The notes beneath the pieces are model-generated. The model did no database searches. It worked only from the letters and a program-made list of their open reading frames with translations, and was not told the DNA's origin. DNA of 64,000 bases from the NCBI GenBank assembly GCA_963756875.1, contig CAVWPA010000003.1, forward strand, positions 288,001-352,000, given 5' to 3'. Shown here piece after piece: positions 49,591 to 61,407 of the stretch. The translations under genes and the position numbers were made by a program. The stretch comes from an uncultured Verrucomicrobiae bacterium. Lineage in GTDB: Bacteria; Verrucomicrobiota; Verrucomicrobiia; Chthoniobacterales; UBA10450. Every line of letters begins with the position of its first letter. The first letter of the stretch is position 1.

Positions 49591-50580
49591 TCAGGCGCCC
49601 AGCTGATTCTCAAGCGCCTTGCCCGATTCGAACCTGGTGATGTTATCGACCGTTGTCGCGGCGATTTTCTCCAAGGCTTCGCGCGTGAAAAAAGCCTGAT
49701 GCCCGGTGATGATTACGTTGGGGAATGTTAGAAGCCGGCTGAACACGTCGTCGCTGATAATTAAACCGGAGCGATCTTCGAAGAAGATTTGCTCCTCCTC
49801 CTCGTAAACATCGAGGCCCAGGTAGCCAACCTTGCCGCTTTTTAGCGCCTCGATCACCGCCACCGTATCAATCAACGCGCCGCGGCTGGTGTTGATCAAC
49901 ATGACGCCGCTTTTCATCTTTTGCAGCGCGCTCGCGTCGATCATGTGATGATTTTTGGGCGTCAGCGGGCAATGCAATGTAACGATATCCGATTGGGCGA
50001 GGAGTTCGTCGAAGCCAACGTAGCTGACGCCCAGCGCACGGCACACTTCATTCGGAAAGGGGTCGAAGGCCAATGTGCGGCATCCAAACCCCAGAAGGAT
50101 TTTGGCTGCGACGGTTCCGATTTTTCCGGTGCCGATGATTCCGGCCGTCTTTCCGTGGACATCGAACCCGAGCAGGCCGTCGAGGGCGAAGTTGCCCTCG
50201 CGCACACGATTGTAGGCTCGATGCAGTTTGCGATTTAAGGCGAGCATCAAACCAATCGCGTGCTCGGCCACCGCGTAAGGCGAGTATCCCGGCACGCGCA
50301 CGACCGTAATGCCGTGTTTGCCGGCTGCCCTCAGATCGACATTGTTATATCCGGCGCAACGCAACGCGATCAGTCGCACGCCGGCCGATGCAAGTTTCGC
50401 GATCACACCCGCATCGACGCGATCGTTAACGAAAACACAAACCACTTCAAACCCGTCCGCTATGGCAGCCGTTTCCTCGGCCAAAGGCGGTTCGAAAAAA
50501 TGGAATTCGTGGCGTGCCGCATTTGCAGCGGTAAGAAACTCGCGATCGTATTTCCTTGCGCTGAATACTGCGACCTTCAT
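49591..50580 (-). CDS. ldhA: D-lactate / 2-hydroxyacid dehydrogenase
   Basis: [36 protein letters not shown] and GHQAFFT motifs. Confidence 0.9.
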   Translation of the reverse strand: MKVAVFSARKYDREFLTAANAARHEFHFFEPPLAEETAAIADGFEVVCVFVNDRVDAGVIAKLASAGVRLIALRCAGYNNVDLRAAGKHGITVVRVPGYSPYAVAEHAIGLMLALNRKLHRAYNRVREGNFALDGLLGFDVHGKTAGIIGTGKIGTVAAKILLGFGCRTLAFDPFPNEVCRALGVSYVGFDELLAQSDIVTLHCPLTPKNHHMIDASALQKMKSGVMLINTSRGALIDTVAVIEALKSGKVGYLGLDVYEEEEQIFFEDRSGLIISDDVFSRLLTFPNVIITGHQAFFTREALEKIAATTVDNITRFESGKALENQLGA

Positions 50581-50638
50581 TCGGAGCGCTTCCGTCTCTC
50601 TGTAACCGGAGCCGTTGATCCCGGCCGGCGCGGGTCGC

Positions 50639-53383
50639 TCATAGCAGGATCTCCGCTCGCCATTCTTCCTCCGCGTGATCGACGTGCAGATCGAAGCCCA
50701 CCTCTTCGCTAACGCGTTTCATGGTGATGTTATCCGAGGCAATGTGGCCTACGATTCGGTGCAAACGCTCTTTGCGCCCAATTTGCACGAGCAACTTGAG
50801 GAGCTCGGTGCCGAGACCTTTTCCCTGCCACGGATCGCTGATCAAAACTGCGAACTCCGCTTCGTTCGTCCCGTGCTCCTTGATCAATCGCCCTACTCCA
50901 AGGATCTGGTGGGTTCCGTCGCCTTTTTTTAAATCGGCGACCAGCGCCATCTCGCGGTCGTAGTCAATAAAGCAAACCCGCCGCAACCGCTGATGCAGGG
51001 TTCTTTCCTGGAGGCTCAACGAACCAAGATAACGAAAGTGCACGCTCCGATCTGAAAGGGTGCGGTGAAATTCGACCATTAGTGGCTCGTCCTCCGGCCG
51101 GATCGGACGGATTGTCACTTCGATGTCGCCGACTTTGCAGGTCGTGATGTATTCGGCCGGATACGGCCGGATTGTCGATTTCGGGAGGTCGTCGTCGGAC
51201 ACGCGCGCGTCGTGCAACACGATCCTGGCGTCGAGCGCGACAATCTGTTTCGACGAAACGACAAGTGGATTGATGTCGATCTCCTTGATCCGGGGCTGTT
51301 CAATGACCAGTTGACTGAACCGCACGAGAAGTTCTTCCAATTCGGCCGGATCGACCGCGCTCCGTCCGCGAAAACCCTTGAACGCAGTGTGAATTTGCGT
51401 CCGCTCGATGAGCCGCCGCGCCAGTGTGCGGTTGAGCGGCGGAAGCCCCAGCGCGCGATCTTTGAAAACTTCGACAAAATATCCGCCGGCGCCGAAAAGA
51501 AGCACCGGTCCGAATTGTGGATCGATGCTGCTGCCCAGAATCAGCTCGTAGCCGTCATTTGCGATCATCGGCTGGACGGTCACGCCGAGAAAGGCTTTGC
51601 AGCCGCGGTCGCTGACCGCGGAACCGGGATCAGCGATCCTGGCTACAGATTTTTCAATCGTGCGGTACGCGCGGCCCACCGCCGCTGCACCCTGCAGATT
51701 CAGTTTCACACCGCCGACATCGCTCTTGTGCGTGATCGTTTTGGAATAAACCTTCAACGCGACGGGGCCGCCGATTTTCTTGGCCAGATCGACAGCTTCC
51801 TTTTCGCTCGTTGCGATTTCTGTCTGGACGATGGGAATTCCGTAAGCAGCCAAGAGTTGTTTCGATTCGACTTCAGTCAGCAGCGCCCGCCCGGTTCTTA
51901 GCGCCTCTTTGATGATTTTCTTGGCCAGGGATTTATTGAGGTCTGCGCTCGTTATCAACGCCGGCGTTTCGTAAAGCGCGTCGAGGTTTCGCGAGTAACG
52001 CCACATCATGCAGAACGCGCGGGCAGCTGCATCGGGATAATCAAACGTGGGAACGCCCGCGGCGTTCAAAACTTCGACGCCGGGACGAACTCCCGAACCA
52101 CCGATCCAGCTTGCGAGAATCGGTTTAGTGTTCAGTTTTGCAAACGGCCGCAATTTCTTGGCAGTCGCGCTCGATTCGGTTACCGCCTGTGGCGCGAGGA
52201 TCACCAGCAGCCCATCGTTATTTTGGTCGCGCGCGACAATCTCGATTGCTTTTTCATAACGCTCCGCATCAGCGTCGCCCAGGATGTCCACGGGATTATT
52301 GCGGCTCCAGTGCGGCGGCAAAAGCCTGTTCAATTCGTCGAGGGTTTTGCCGGACAACTCCGCCAGTTTTCCGCCGCACTCGATCAGTGCATCCGTGGCC
52401 AGCACGCCTAAGCCGCCGCCGTTGGTCACAATCGCCAGACGAGGACCGGACGGACGCGGTTGTTTGCCGAGGAGTTCGGTGAGATCGAACAACTCCTCGA
52501 TTGTCTCCACGCGCAGAACACCGACCCTGCGAAAGGCGGCGTCGAGCACGTCATCGCTGCCGGTCAGAGCGCCGGTGTGGGAGGCAGCGGCTTTCGCGGC
52601 GGCCTGGGTGCGGCCCACCTTGATGACAATGATCGGTTTTGTCAGTGCCACTTCGCGCGCGGCGGAAAGGAACGAACGCGCGTCGCCGACCGATTCCATG
52701 TAAAGCAGAATGCTGCGGGTATGCGGGTCGTCACCGAGCTGATAAATCAAATCGCCCCAGTTCACATCGGCCATCGAACCGATGGAAATGAACGCGCTGA
52801 ATCCGACTCGATTGGCCAGACTCCAATCGAGAATGGCCGTGCAAAGCGCGCCGCTCTGGCTGATGAACCCGATGCTCCCGGGCAGCGCCAGCGGTTTGGC
52901 AAATGTTGCGTTCAGGCCGATGTGCGGCAGCATCACGCCGACACAATTCGGACCAACGATCCGCATCCGGCCGCGCTGTGCGAGAATCTCTTTTTCCAAT
53001 TCCGCGCCGGCCGGTCCGCATTCCTTGAATCCGGCCGAAATAATGACCGCGCCCTTCACGCCGAAAGACGCGCATTCGTGAACGATCCCGGGCACCGTGG
53101 CCGCCGGCGTGGCAATCACCGCCAGATCGATCGCCTCGGGGACTTTTCTGATTGTCTGGAATGCCTTTTTCCCAAGGATCGTCGAGTGCTGCGGATTCAC
53201 CGGGAAAACGCGGCCGCCAAACGATTGAAGATTTTCCATCAATGCGCGTCCCACACTGGCGGGCTTTTCGCTTGCCCCGATCAGAGCGACCGATTTCGGC
53301 GCAAACATTGCCTCGAGAATCGAACGCCGATCAGGCAAGGCATCGCGAATGCATTTGTCTTTCGTAGCAGATGTCCTGCTCAC
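50639..53383 (-). CDS. Bifunctional acetate-CoA ligase family / GNAT protein acetyltransferase (Pat/YfiQ-like)
   Basis: CoA-binding GAS..GPNC, SQSGA, ATP-grasp [15 protein letters not shown]-terminal GNAT WQGKGLG. Confidence 0.92.
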   Translation of the reverse strand: MSRTSATKDKCIRDALPDRRSILEAMFAPKSVALIGASEKPASVGRALMENLQSFGGRVFPVNPQHSTILGKKAFQTIRKVPEAIDLAVIATPAATVPGIVHECASFGVKGAVIISAGFKECGPAGAELEKEILAQRGRMRIVGPNCVGVMLPHIGLNATFAKPLALPGSIGFISQSGALCTAILDWSLANRVGFSAFISIGSMADVNWGDLIYQLGDDPHTRSILLYMESVGDARSFLSAAREVALTKPIIVIKVGRTQAAAKAAASHTGALTGSDDVLDAAFRRVGVLRVETIEELFDLTELLGKQPRPSGPRLAIVTNGGGLGVLATDALIECGGKLAELSGKTLDELNRLLPPHWSRNNPVDILGDADAERYEKAIEIVARDQNNDGLLVILAPQAVTESSATAKKLRPFAKLNTKPILASWIGGSGVRPGVEVLNAAGVPTFDYPDAAARAFCMMWRYSRNLDALYETPALITSADLNKSLAKKIIKEALRTGRALLTEVESKQLLAAYGIPIVQTEIATSEKEAVDLAKKIGGPVALKVYSKTITHKSDVGGVKLNLQGAAAVGRAYRTIEKSVARIADPGSAVSDRGCKAFLGVTVQPMIANDGYELILGSSIDPQFGPVLLFGAGGYFVEVFKDRALGLPPLNRTLARRLIERTQIHTAFKGFRGRSAVDPAELEELLVRFSQLVIEQPRIKEIDINPLVVSSKQIVALDARIVLHDARVSDDDLPKSTIRPYPAEYITTCKVGDIEVTIRPIRPEDEPLMVEFHRTLSDRSVHFRYLGSLSLQERTLHQRLRRVCFIDYDREMALVADLKKGDGTHQILGVGRLIKEHGTNEAEFAVLISDPWQGKGLGTELLKLLVQIGRKERLHRIVGHIASDNITMKRVSEEVGFDLHVDHAEEEWRAEILL
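51598..51647. repeat. REP doublet inserted in frame within the Pat-like gene
   Basis: TGCAGCCGCGGTCGCTGACCGCGG-AA-CCGGGATCAGCGATCCTGGCTACA, translated as [16 protein letters not shown]. Confidence 0.7.
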
Positions 53384-53419
53384 ACAAATACAATTGTGAA
53401 CCTGGATTGCCTTGTCCAG

Positions 53420-56103
53420 TTAGTCCGTTCTTGGCTTTTGCTCTCCACCTCTTGACGGTGGCTCTGCCTTGGTTGCGGGTTTAGGTTCGGACTTTGCGCC
53501 TGGTTTGATTTCAGGTTTTGGCTCAACCTTGGCTTCGGGCTTGCGCTGAGGCCCTGGCTTCCGGTGTGGCTCCAGCTTTGGTGTGATCCAAAATCCAATA
53601 GGCGACCAGTTTCACGCGGTCATTCACGAGCGCCCAAGACAGAGCATAGATCCACACGAATACGGCCCATTTCCACGGGAGTGGTGCCATAAAAAACCCA
53701 AAAACCGCAATCAGTGTTGCCACGATTTGCGTGCCGAGCACCGCTCCCCATAAAATCTTTGCCGGGCGGATGGACCAGAACGGGCCGCGCGTTCTCGTTA
53801 GGAAAATCGTCAGATGTCCGGCCACGGACAGCTTCAGGTACATCAGCGTTTGGATGTGCGACCGGTCAAGATGAAAGACGCGCTCACCAAGATAAAACAG
53901 GCCAAACGCGGACACGACCCCGATGACACCCAGCGCCGTGGAGATCCCCAGCACCATGCGCATGTTCCAGGCCTCGGGTTTGTTCCGGTAATGAACGTTG
54001 TCATAGGCGATGGATAGGATGGCGCCGTCATTGAGCAACGCGATCATCACGATCATGACCGCGGTCACGGGGTAGAACTTAAAGACCAGGATCGCCAGCG
54101 TCATAAAGAACAGCACGCGCAGCGTCTCGGCGATGCGGTAGATCGCGTAGCTATTCATTCGCTGGAAGATTTTCCGGCTCTCCTTGATCGCGTCGATGAT
54201 CACCGACAGCCCTGGCGCCACCAGCACGATGGACGCAGCCGCGCGGGCCGCGTCGGTCGCGCCGGAAACGGCGATGCCGCAGTCGGCTTTCTTCAGTGCG
54301 GGGGCGTCATTCACCCCGTCGCCGGTCATCCCAACAATGTGCCCAAGTTTTTGCAGGACATCGACAATGTGGTACTTGTGTTCCGGGAAGACCTGGGCGA
54401 AGCCGTCCGCCTTTTCGATGGACTCGGCCACCTCCGCGGTCTCTTGCTTTTTCGAGTCGCCCAAGCTGGCCGCATCCAGGATATTGGTGCCCATATCCAG
54501 CTTCTTGGCGGTCTCCTTTGCGATGGCCAGGGCATCGCCCGTCACCATTTTGACCTTCACACCCATCTGGCGAGCCTCCGCGACGGTTGCCTTGGCATCG
54601 TCCCGCGGCGGATCGAACAGCGGCAACACACCGAGAAACTTCCACGGGCCATCCTGGTCGGATCGCGCCACGCCCAGCGAGCGAAAGCCCCGTGTGGCGA
54701 AGTCGTTGACGGCTTTATCAGCAGCGGGCTTCACCTGAGCGGCGTCGCCCGATAACTTCAGGATCACCTGCGGCGCGCCCTTGGCCACCTTGAACGTTTT
54801 TCCGTCCTTGGCTTTGACCGTGGCCTCGGTGCGTTTATGCACCGGGTCGAACGGCTGGAAATGCACCACGTCATAGCCCTTCAGCGCATCCTTGTTTTTC
54901 AGCCCGGCGAGAACGGCCAGATCAATCGTGTCGTTGTCGTCCGCGCGCGACGCCAGCGCGCCACTGAGGATAACTTGATCGGCCGATATTCCATTAACAG
55001 TAAAGGGATCGCCCAGCGTCAGCTTGTTCTGGGTCAGGGTGCCGGTCTTGTCCGCGCACAGAACGTCCACGCCCGCCAATTCCTCGATAGCCTCCAACTT
55101 GCTCACTATCGCCTGCTTTTTGGCGAGCAGGCGCGCGCCGACCGCCATCGTCACCGACAACACCGTAGGCATGGCCACGGGAATGGCCGCGACCGTGAGG
55201 ATAAGGGCGAATAAGAGGACAGGGTCCTTGGGAGCTTTCGCGTAGAGCATCGGTTCACCGCGGAAGTACCCGACCGTAATAATCACGGCCACCAGAGCCA
55301 CCGCGAGGATGATCAGGTATTTGCCGATCTTCAGGACGGCCTGTTGGAAATGGCTGACGGTGTGCGCCTCCTCCACGAGTTTTGCCGTCTTGCCAAAGTA
55401 GGTGTCGGTGCCCGTGGCATAGACCAGTGCGCCGATTTCACCGCGCTTGATGACCGACCCCGAAAAAACTGCCTCGCCCGGATTTCCGCGTGGCGGGCAA
55501 TGACTCTCCCGTCAGCGCGGACTGATCCACTGACACTTCGTCGCCGGCCAGCAAGCGTGCATCCGCCGGCACAATGTCGCCCAGGCGCAAGCGGATCACG
55601 TCTCCCGGCACCAACTCACGCGCCGCCGGGTTGACCCATTTCCCATCCCGCTTCACCCGTGCCTTGATCGCCAGTCTGGCCTTCAGGGCGTCGATGGCGT
55701 TGCCTGCCTGGCGTTCTTCCCAGAATCCGACCACGGCGTTGCAAAGAAGCAAAAAGAGGATGATGCCAAAATCCTCCCAGTGCCGGACCACGCCCGAAAG
55801 AATCACCGCCGCTTCAATCATCCACGGGATGGGACCCCAGAAGTAGCTGAGGAATTTTAGAAGCGGATTAGTCTTCTTTTCTTCAATCTCGTTAGGCCCA
55901 TATTGGGTCAGCCGTTTCTGCGCCTCGGCTTGGGTGAGGCCGTCCGGCGACGACCCCAGCTTCTTCTCCACTTCCGCCATGGGCAGGGTTTTCAGATCGT
56001 CTTTCGCGTCGGGCTTAGCGTCAGATTCAGCCTGAGGCTTAGCCCCGGACCTGGCAGCAGACTTCGACTGGGGAGCCTTGGGCTGGTCGCTACTAGCCTT
56101 CAT
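53420..56103 (-). CDS. Plasma-membrane proton-efflux P-type ATPase (P3A), frameshifts near 55478 and 53548
   Basis: FWGPIPWMIE, DQSALTGESLP, IPVAMP, DKTGTLT, KGAPQ, GDGVNDAPALK and LLNDG motifs. The corrected C-terminus gives KPEAKVEPKPE repeats ending at TAA 53420. Confidence 0.92.
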
Positions 56104-56164
56104 AATAATATCCCCTGCAACTTCCGGTTACCGAGGACGAATTTCCGGCGCATGTCCGTCTCCG

Positions 56165-56380
56165 CTACCTTGCGACGCCACCTGACTGCGGCTGGCGCGG
56201 TTGGGAGTGAGGCCGCCAGGCCAGGTCTTCGCTCATGACATAGACAATCATGGCGATAAACATCAACACCACGCCGACCCATAGGCGCCAATCGGTATGA
56301 GCGCGCTTCCAGTAAGGAACGTGACTGTGCTGACCGCCGCCGCTATCTGATGCGGGCCGATGGTGATGATGTCTGCTCAT
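56165..56380 (-). CDS. Small membrane protein with His-rich N-terminus
   Basis: MSRHHHH..PYWKRAHTDWR plus one TM helix; co-oriented between xfp and the ATPase. Confidence 0.65.
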   Translation of the reverse strand: MSRHHHHRPASDSGGGQHSHVPYWKRAHTDWRLWVGVVLMFIAMIVYVMSEDLAWRPHSQPRQPQSGGVAR

Positions 56381-56434
56381 TTGTTGTTACTTCGAGATCC
56401 TATCTCTATTGATCTCGCGACGCGTTGTTTGGAC

Positions 56435-58801
56435 TTAGCTCCGCTCCCACCTCCAGTTCCTAATCTCCGGCAAGTCCTGACCGTTTTTGTCGATGTAAAT
56501 CTTGTGCTCGATCAGCTTGTCCCGGAGTTGCTGCTTAAGGTAGAGGCCTTTTTCGCCGGTCTGCGGGACACGGTCAATCGTGTCCATGACGAGATGGAAA
56601 CGGTCCAACTCGTTGAGAACAGTCATGTCGAAGGGCGTGGTGATGGTGCCTTCTTCCTTGTAGCCGCGCACATGGATGTTGTCGTGGTTAGTGCGGCGAT
56701 AAGTCAGCCGGTGGATCAACCACGGGTAGGCGTGGAAAGCGAAGATGACCGGCCTGTCCTTGGTAAAGAGCTCGTCGAAATCGGTGTCGCTCAACCCGTG
56801 TGGATGTTCGCTCTGCGGCTGCAGTTTCATCAGATCAACGACGTTGACCACCCGGATTTTCAGGTCGGGCAGATGCTCGCGCATGATCGAGACAGCGGCG
56901 AGCGTCTCCAGGGTGGGCACGTCGCCGCAGCAGGCCATGACGACGTCAGGCGCGCCCTCCTGATCATTGCTGGCCCACGACCAGATGCCGATGCCCTCGG
57001 TGCAGTGCTTGACGGCTTCGTCCATCGTCAGCCACTGCGGCGCTTGATACTTGCCGGCGACCACGACGTTGACGTAGTGGCGGCTGCGCAAACAATGATC
57101 CCAGACCGAGAGCAGGCAGTTGGCATCCGGCGGCAAATAGACGCGCACGACGGAGGCTTTCTTGTTCACGACGTGATCGATGAAACCGGGATCCTGATGC
57201 GTGAATCCGTTGTGCATTTGCTGCCAGACATGCGAGGCGAGCAGATAGTTCAGCGACGCGATTTTTCGCCGCCACGGCAACTGCGCCGTGACCTTGAGCC
57301 ACTTGGCGTGTTGGTTGAACATCGAGTCGATGATATGGATGAACGCCTCGTAGCAATTGAAAAGCCCGTGCCGTCCAGTGAGCAGATAACCTTCGAGCCA
57401 TCCTTCGCATTGATGCTCGCTCAGCATTTCCATGACGCGGCCGTCCAGGGCGAGAAACTCATCGTTCTCCTGCGTCCGGGCGTCCCACTGCCGGTTGGTC
57501 GCCTCAAACACCGCGTTCAAGCGGTTGGAAAGCGTTTCGTCGGGACCGAAGATTCGGAAATTGCGTTGTTCCCGATTGAGCCTGGCCACGTCGCGCAGGA
57601 ACACGCCGAGTTCGTGCGTGTCCGCCGCGTGAACGGATCCCGGTGACGGCACGTTCACTGCGTATTTGCGAAAGTCCGGCATGACGAGGTCGCGGAGAAG
57701 AAGGCCGCCGTTGGCGTGGGGATTCGCGCCCATGCGGCGGTTGCCTCGGGGCGCGAGTTCGGCGAGTTCCGGTTTCAGCCGGCCTGACTCATCAAAGAGT
57801 TCCTCCGGACGGTAGCTGCGCAACCACTCCTCCAGCAGCTTGAGGTGTTCGGGATGGGCGGCATCCACCGCGAGCGGTATCTGGTGCGCGCGGAAGGTGC
57901 CTTCAATTTGCACGCCGTCCACCCACTTCGGGCCCGTCCAGCCTTTCGGAGATTTGAGGACAATCATGGGCCAGCGCGGCCGCATGGTGTTGCCGTTGAT
58001 GCGAGCTTCGTGCTGGATGCGTTTGATCTCTTCCACCGCGCGATCCAGCGTCGCCGCCATGGCCTCGTGCATCAGCGCCGGCTCGTGTCCCTCCACGTAA
58101 AGCGGCGTCCAACCGTTGGCGCGCAGGAACTGGTCCAGTTCCTCTGGCTCGATGCGGGCGAGGACGGTCGGGTTGGCGATCTTGTAACCGTTGAGGTGCA
58201 GGACGGGCAGCACGGCGCCGTCGGTGATGGGATCGAGAAACTTGTTCGACTGCCACGACGTGGCCAGCGGCCCGGTCTCCGCCTCGCCATCGCCCACACA
58301 GCAGGCCACGATGAGACTGGGATTGTCGAACACCGCACCGAAGGAATGGCTGAGTGAATAACCCAGTTCGCCGCCTTCGTGAATCGAACCCGGGCATTCC
58401 GGTGATGCGTGGCTGGGAATGCCGCCGGGAAACGAGAACTGCTTGAAGAGCTTTTGCAGCCCGGCCTCATTCTGGCTGATGTCGGGATAGATTTCGCTGT
58501 AAGTGCCCTCGAGATAAGTGTTGCTCACGACGGCCGGACCGCCGTGTCCCGGACCGGAGACATAGATCATGTCGAGGTCGTATTTCTTGATGACCCGGTT
58601 CAAGTGGACGTAGATGAAGTTCTGACCCGGCGTCGTGCCCCAGTGGCCGAGCAGCATGTGCTTGATGTCGGTGAGCGTGAGCGGCCGCTTCAGCAACGGA
58701 TTGTCGAAGAGATAAATCTGGCCAACCGACAGGTAGTTCGCGGCCCGCCAATAGGCGTCCATTTTGCGGAGCAGTTCCGGCGTGAGTGTGTTGGCATTCA
58801 T
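56435..58801 (-). CDS. xfp: Xylulose-5-phosphate/fructose-6-phosphate phosphoketolase
   Basis: [25 protein letters not shown] motif [18 protein letters not shown] and GYKEEGT motifs. Confidence 0.97.
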   Translation of the reverse strand: MNANTLTPELLRKMDAYWRAANYLSVGQIYLFDNPLLKRPLTLTDIKHMLLGHWGTTPGQNFIYVHLNRVIKKYDLDMIYVSGPGHGGPAVVSNTYLEGTYSEIYPDISQNEAGLQKLFKQFSFPGGIPSHASPECPGSIHEGGELGYSLSHSFGAVFDNPSLIVACCVGDGEAETGPLATSWQSNKFLDPITDGAVLPVLHLNGYKIANPTVLARIEPEELDQFLRANGWTPLYVEGHEPALMHEAMAATLDRAVEEIKRIQHEARINGNTMRPRWPMIVLKSPKGWTGPKWVDGVQIEGTFRAHQIPLAVDAAHPEHLKLLEEWLRSYRPEELFDESGRLKPELAELAPRGNRRMGANPHANGGLLLRDLVMPDFRKYAVNVPSPGSVHAADTHELGVFLRDVARLNREQRNFRIFGPDETLSNRLNAVFEATNRQWDARTQENDEFLALDGRVMEMLSEHQCEGWLEGYLLTGRHGLFNCYEAFIHIIDSMFNQHAKWLKVTAQLPWRRKIASLNYLLASHVWQQMHNGFTHQDPGFIDHVVNKKASVVRVYLPPDANCLLSVWDHCLRSRHYVNVVVAGKYQAPQWLTMDEAVKHCTEGIGIWSWASNDQEGAPDVVMACCGDVPTLETLAAVSIMREHLPDLKIRVVNVVDLMKLQPQSEHPHGLSDTDFDELFTKDRPVIFAFHAYPWLIHRLTYRRTNHDNIHVRGYKEEGTITTPFDMTVLNELDRFHLVMDTIDRVPQTGEKGLYLKQQLRDKLIEHKIYIDKNGQDLPEIRNWRWERS

Positions 58802-60000
58802 AATTTATCTTTTTTCTGTGCGCCGAGGCGGAGGACGCAGCTGACCGACCTTGCAATCATGAGTTCTTCGTCCGTGCGAATGACGCGAACCGCAACCCGG
58901 CTGGCGTCCGTGGAAATCACCCCTGAAGTCTCGGCGTTGCGCGCCTCATTCAATTCAAGGCCGAGAAAGCTCAGGCCCTGGCAGATTCGGGCGCGGACGA
59001 GCGGCGCGTTTTCGCCGATGCCGCCGGCGAAGACGAGCGTGTCCAATCCGCCGAGCGCGGCGGCAAAGGAACCGATCCACTTTTTCGCCTGATAACAGAA
59101 AAGCGCGACGGCTTCGGCGGCGCGGACATCCTTCGCTTCCCGGCGAAGCAATTCCTGCATGTCGGAGCTCGTTTCCGATACGCCGAGCAATCCCGATTCT
59201 TCGTTGACCATGTGATGGAATTGCTTTGCTGTCACATGCTCGGCCTGTGAGAGGTACCAGCCCAGGCCAGGATCCAAATCTCCGGAACGAGTGCTCATGG
59301 GGATGCCGGCTGCCGGTGTAAACGCCATGCTTGTATCGATGCTTCTACCGCCGCGCACTGCGGTAATGCTCGCGCCGTTGCCCAGGTGCGCCAGAATCAC
59401 GCGGCCATCTGCGGCCTCCGCCCCTGCCAGGCGAGCAAGCTCCTCTATAATATAAGCGCACGAAATCCCGTGAAATCCGTAGCGTCGAACTCCCTTCACA
59501 TTGTAACGCCGCGGAATCGGAAGCAGCTGCGCCACACGCGGCATGTCGTGGTGGAATGCCGTGTCGAAACAGGCAACCTGTGGAAGCTGCGGGAAGCGCC
59601 GATGGAAAGCCTCGGTCAACAAGATCTCCTCCGGCAGATGTTCCGGGTCGAACGGGCTGAGCTCGTGCAAGGTGGCGATCATTTCCGGCGTGATGCGTTG
59701 CGGCTCCCAATATTTCGGCCCGCCATGCACCACTCGATGCCCTACCGCCGTCAACGCGTCGCGCTCGATTATTTCCTGGAGCCAATCCATCAACAGGTTC
59801 ACCGCAGCCGTGTGGTCCGGCGTGGTTACAGAACGCGAAATGTTGCCGGCGTCGTTTGAACTCTTCACCGTAAAGCGACCCCGCGGAAGACCGATCCCTT
59901 CAATGTGGCCTGCGAGAATCCGACGCAGCGTCTCGTCTGCGTCGAACAACGCGAACTTAATACTCGACGAGCCGCCGTTGATCGTGAGGATTTGGTTCAT
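58798..60000 (-). CDS. ackA: Acetate/propionate kinase
   Basis: [44 protein letters not shown] and TDEE motifs. Confidence 0.96.
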   Translation of the reverse strand: MNQILTINGGSSSIKFALFDADETLRRILAGHIEGIGLPRGRFTVKSSNDAGNISRSVTTPDHTAAVNLLMDWLQEIIERDALTAVGHRVVHGGPKYWEPQRITPEMIATLHELSPFDPEHLPEEILLTEAFHRRFPQLPQVACFDTAFHHDMPRVAQLLPIPRRYNVKGVRRYGFHGISCAYIIEELARLAGAEAADGRVILAHLGNGASITAVRGGRSIDTSMAFTPAAGIPMSTRSGDLDPGLGWYLSQAEHVTAKQFHHMVNEESGLLGVSETSSDMQELLRREAKDVRAAEAVALFCYQAKKWIGSFAAALGGLDTLVFAGGIGENAPLVRARICQGLSFLGLELNEARNAETSGVISTDASRVAVRVIRTDEELMIARSVSCVLRLGAQKKDKL

Positions 60001-60070
60001 TGACTTCTGACAACATGACCCTCCAAGGGGGACCGCGAAAGGCCGGTCGGCCGGATTTGGTAAAAACGCG

Positions 60071-60150
60071 TGTAGCCGCGCCGCTGTGCGGCGCGCGGCA
60101 TTGACTGCGTTAATCACGCGAGCGCGCGTCGCCGGCAGGGCAACGGCTAC
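60071..60150. repeat. REP-like doublet
   Basis: TGTAGCCGCGCCGCTGTGCGGCGCG...CGTCGCCGGCAGGGCAACGGCTAC. Confidence 0.65.
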
Positions 60151-60162
60151 GCCAGTTGGGTC

Positions 60163-61236
60163 TTAAGCCACCGTCACGTCGGAACAGAGATAAACATCCT
60201 GAATCGCGTTCAGGAGTTTGATGCCGTCGGCCATCGGTTTCTGGAACGCTTTGCGGCCGCTGATCACGCCCATCCCGCCCGCGCGCTTGTTGATAACCGC
60301 CGTGCGAACCGCGTCGGCAAGATCGTTTTTGCCGGACGGGCCGCCGGAGTTGATCAGACCGATGCGTCCCATGTAATTGTTGATTACCTGATAACGGGCA
60401 AGATCGATCGGATTGTCGCTGCTCAACTCTGTGTACATTCGCTCGTCGTATTTGCCATAGCCCGGTTTCTCGGCATTCAACGCTTTGTACCCGCCGTTCT
60501 GGGTGGGCAGTTTTTGTTTGATAATGTCCGCCTCGATGGTGGCGCCAAGATGATTGGCCTGCCCCGTCAGGTCGGCGCTGCTGTGATGATCTACGCCACC
60601 GACCTTGAACGCCTTATTGCGCAGGTAACACCAGAGTATTGTCGCCAGACCAAGCTCATGCGCTTGCGCGAACGCCTGGCTGATCTCGACAATTTGCCGG
60701 CCGCTTTCTTCCGAGCCGAAATAGATGGTCGCGCCTACCGCCACCGCGCCGAGATCGTACGCCTGCTTCACGCTGGCGAACAGGATCTGGTCGAATTGGT
60801 TTGGGTAGGTGAGCAACTCATTGTGATTGATCTTCACAATGAACGGGATCTTGTGCGCGTAACGGCGAGAAATGCTGCCCAGCACTCCCAGTGTGGAAGC
60901 AATCGCATTGCAACCGCCTTCCATGGCGAGGTGGACAAGGTTTTCACCGTCGAAATACTCAGGGTTGGCGGCGAATGATGCGCCGGCCGAATGTTCGATT
61001 CCCTGGTCCACCGGCAGAATGGAGACATACCCGGTGCCGGCGAGTCTTCCGTGCGACAGCAAGGCCTGCACGTTGCGCAGCACGCGCGGCGACCGGTCCA
61101 TGGGCGCAAAAATCCGGTCCACCCAGTCTGTTCCGGGCAGATGAAGTTTGTCTTTGGTCATCGTTTTGCATTTGTGTTGCAGCAACGATTCAGCTTCGTC
61201 GCCGAGCGCTTTTGTGATTTGGTCGATTGTCTTCAT
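60163..61236 (-). CDS. fbaB: Class I fructose-bisphosphate aldolase (DhnA/FbaB type)
   Basis: [16 protein letters not shown], Schiff-base ADIIKQKLP and ISGRKAFQ motifs. Confidence 0.95.
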   Translation of the reverse strand: MKTIDQITKALGDEAESLLQHKCKTMTKDKLHLPGTDWVDRIFAPMDRSPRVLRNVQALLSHGRLAGTGYVSILPVDQGIEHSAGASFAANPEYFDGENLVHLAMEGGCNAIASTLGVLGSISRRYAHKIPFIVKINHNELLTYPNQFDQILFASVKQAYDLGAVAVGATIYFGSEESGRQIVEISQAFAQAHELGLATILWCYLRNKAFKVGGVDHHSSADLTGQANHLGATIEADIIKQKLPTQNGGYKALNAEKPGYGKYDERMYTELSSDNPIDLARYQVINNYMGRIGLINSGGPSGKNDLADAVRTAVINKRAGGMGVISGRKAFQKPMADGIKLLNAIQDVYLCSDVTVA

Positions 61237-61407
61237 CAGTGCACCTCCATCTTCGGGTAAATCATAACATCAAGGGCGCCGGTTGGCGCGGACATTGATA
61301 TGGCTTTCGTGCTTCTCATGGGTTGGGGTTCCTTTCTCTGTTTTCGTGTCGGCAGGGTCCATTACTCCTCCCATTTCGTATTAAAAATGTCCCTGGCGTC
61401 AATCCAT

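Noticed and set aside
56360..57646. 428-aa plus-strand ORF, and similar long ORFs at 52460-53455, 8789-9607 and 5556-6713
   Set aside because: Antisense or alternate-frame shadows of well-supported genes, expected in GC-rich DNA
61235..61375. Short ORFs between pgm and fbaB
   Set aside because: Two overlapping frames of about 27-34 codons with no recognisable features; cannot be supported
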